The position numbers were made by a program, and so were the translations under genes. A stretch of 64,000 nucleotides of DNA from Stegostoma tigrinum (Eukaryota), in contig NC_081374.1 of NCBI RefSeq assembly GCF_030684315.1, positions 34,508,630 to 34,572,629 of the forward strand. The letters run 5' to 3'. Every line of letters starts with the position of its first letter. Positions within the stretch are counted from its first letter, which is position 1. Under the pieces are notes generated by a model. That model was given only the letters and a program-made list of their open reading frames with translations. It did no database searches and was not told where the DNA came from. Of this stretch, positions 62,815 through 64,000 are shown piece by piece.

Positions 62815-63115
62815 GGATACAATCCCTGCAGTGTGGGGGCAGGCCATTCAGCCCATACCAAGCCTCCAAAAAGCATCCCAACCAGCCCCACCCCACTCCT
62901 CTGACCCTCCACTCTCCCAGACACTATGGGCAATTTAGCATGGCTAACCCACCTAACCTGCACATCTTTGGACTGTGGGACCAAACCAGAGCACTTGGAG
63001 GAAACCCACGCAGACATGGAGAGAATGCACAAACTCCACACAGACAGTTGCCCGAGGGTGGAATTGGACCTGAGTCCCTGGTGCTGCGAGGCTGCAGTGC
63101 TAACCACGGAACCAT
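62815..63115 (-). mobile_element. Near full-length HE1/V-SINE-like SINE
   Basis: Minus strand: tggttccgtggttagcactgcagcctcgcagcaccagggactcaggtccaattcc, then the V-domain and a CR1-like tail. Confidence 0.88.
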
Positions 63116-64000
63116 CATTTTCTTTTGGTTTATATGTAATATAATTCTTGTTTGGAATTGAGGACAACTCTGCAGTGTTAAGACTGAGGACAGTCTTGCC
63201 TCATACAGGCCGTTGATGAGTTTGCGACCTCTATCACTATCTGGGTTGCTTTTTCCATACCATCCTTCAGTGTGAAGGCGGCCCCAAATCTGATGGGATA
63301 TTTAATTGAAATGTCTGGCACAGTTCAGTAGGATTTAGCCCATTTTCTTGTTGGCTCCACAGTATATGTTTGAAATTGAATTATAAGAGGCACTGTAGGT
63401 ATTGGAGTGTTTTATTTATGATTTAGTTTAAGACACATGTTTTAATGCTGAGAAAAGATATATTTTATTGGATTCTTTTGTTTTCCCACAATGGGACAAG
63501 TTTCAAGAATACAAATTCGAGAGGAAAGCTACTTTTATATTACACGAGAAGCGAGTGCTTGTTTCTTGGTAATCAGACTCTGATTGGTGGAGGCATTCTA
63601 ATGGAGAACGCACCCACAAATGCAGATTGACATTAATTAAATAAACATTTGTTTAAATTGTAAACGCTGGTTGACTCTGATCAGAGTACCATCCTGTATT
63701 AAAAAAATTAACCAGCTAGATGGTTGTTACCTGTTGTGCTGACTTGGAACTGTAGTGAATCTAAATGGTCTTTCCATCTGCAAAGACCAGAACATTGTCG
63801 TTTCTAGGAGTCCCAAATGCTGTGAGCCCAACTACAATTCCTTTTCTCGGCACACTTCCTTGCACACTCGGGACTACCCAGCAAACATCATCTAATTTTG
63901 CATTCTCACAGCAAATGTTAAACACTGTGTGGTGAGTTTTGCAAGTGTAGGCTGTTGGATGTGGTCAGTACCTTGCTATTTATATTAACAGTCAAACAGT

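Overview
Repeat-rich, AT-rich eukaryotic DNA, most likely a cartilaginous fish (shark). That is an inference from HE1/V-SINE-, DeuSINE- and CR1-type repeats. The only recognisable host gene is the first coding exon of an adenosine receptor (A1/A3 type) on the minus strand (17350->16989). It sits in a GC/CpG-rich island and is followed by an intron of at least 17 kb; no exon-2-like ORF was seen in the window. The rest is intron or intergenic DNA with CR1 and L2-group LINE fragments, SINEs, a TA-flanked MITE, two LTR-like repeats and a probable fossil Harbinger transposase. The most striking structure is a Penelope-like retroelement (PLE, GIY-YIG, Neptune-like) system carrying minimal type-I hammerhead ribozyme motifs (CUGAnGA-A-stem II-GAAAC-GUH). 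It appears as (i) a young 2-kb insertion with 621-bp inverted arms, (ii) several ~200-230-bp fold-back palindromes centred just 5' of the ribozyme core, (iii) ~135-bp monomers starting at the ribozyme, and (iv) collapsed remnants down to a 33-bp solo tail. Many copies have 10-15-bp target-site duplications. All alignments and counts were done by eye; no database searches were run.
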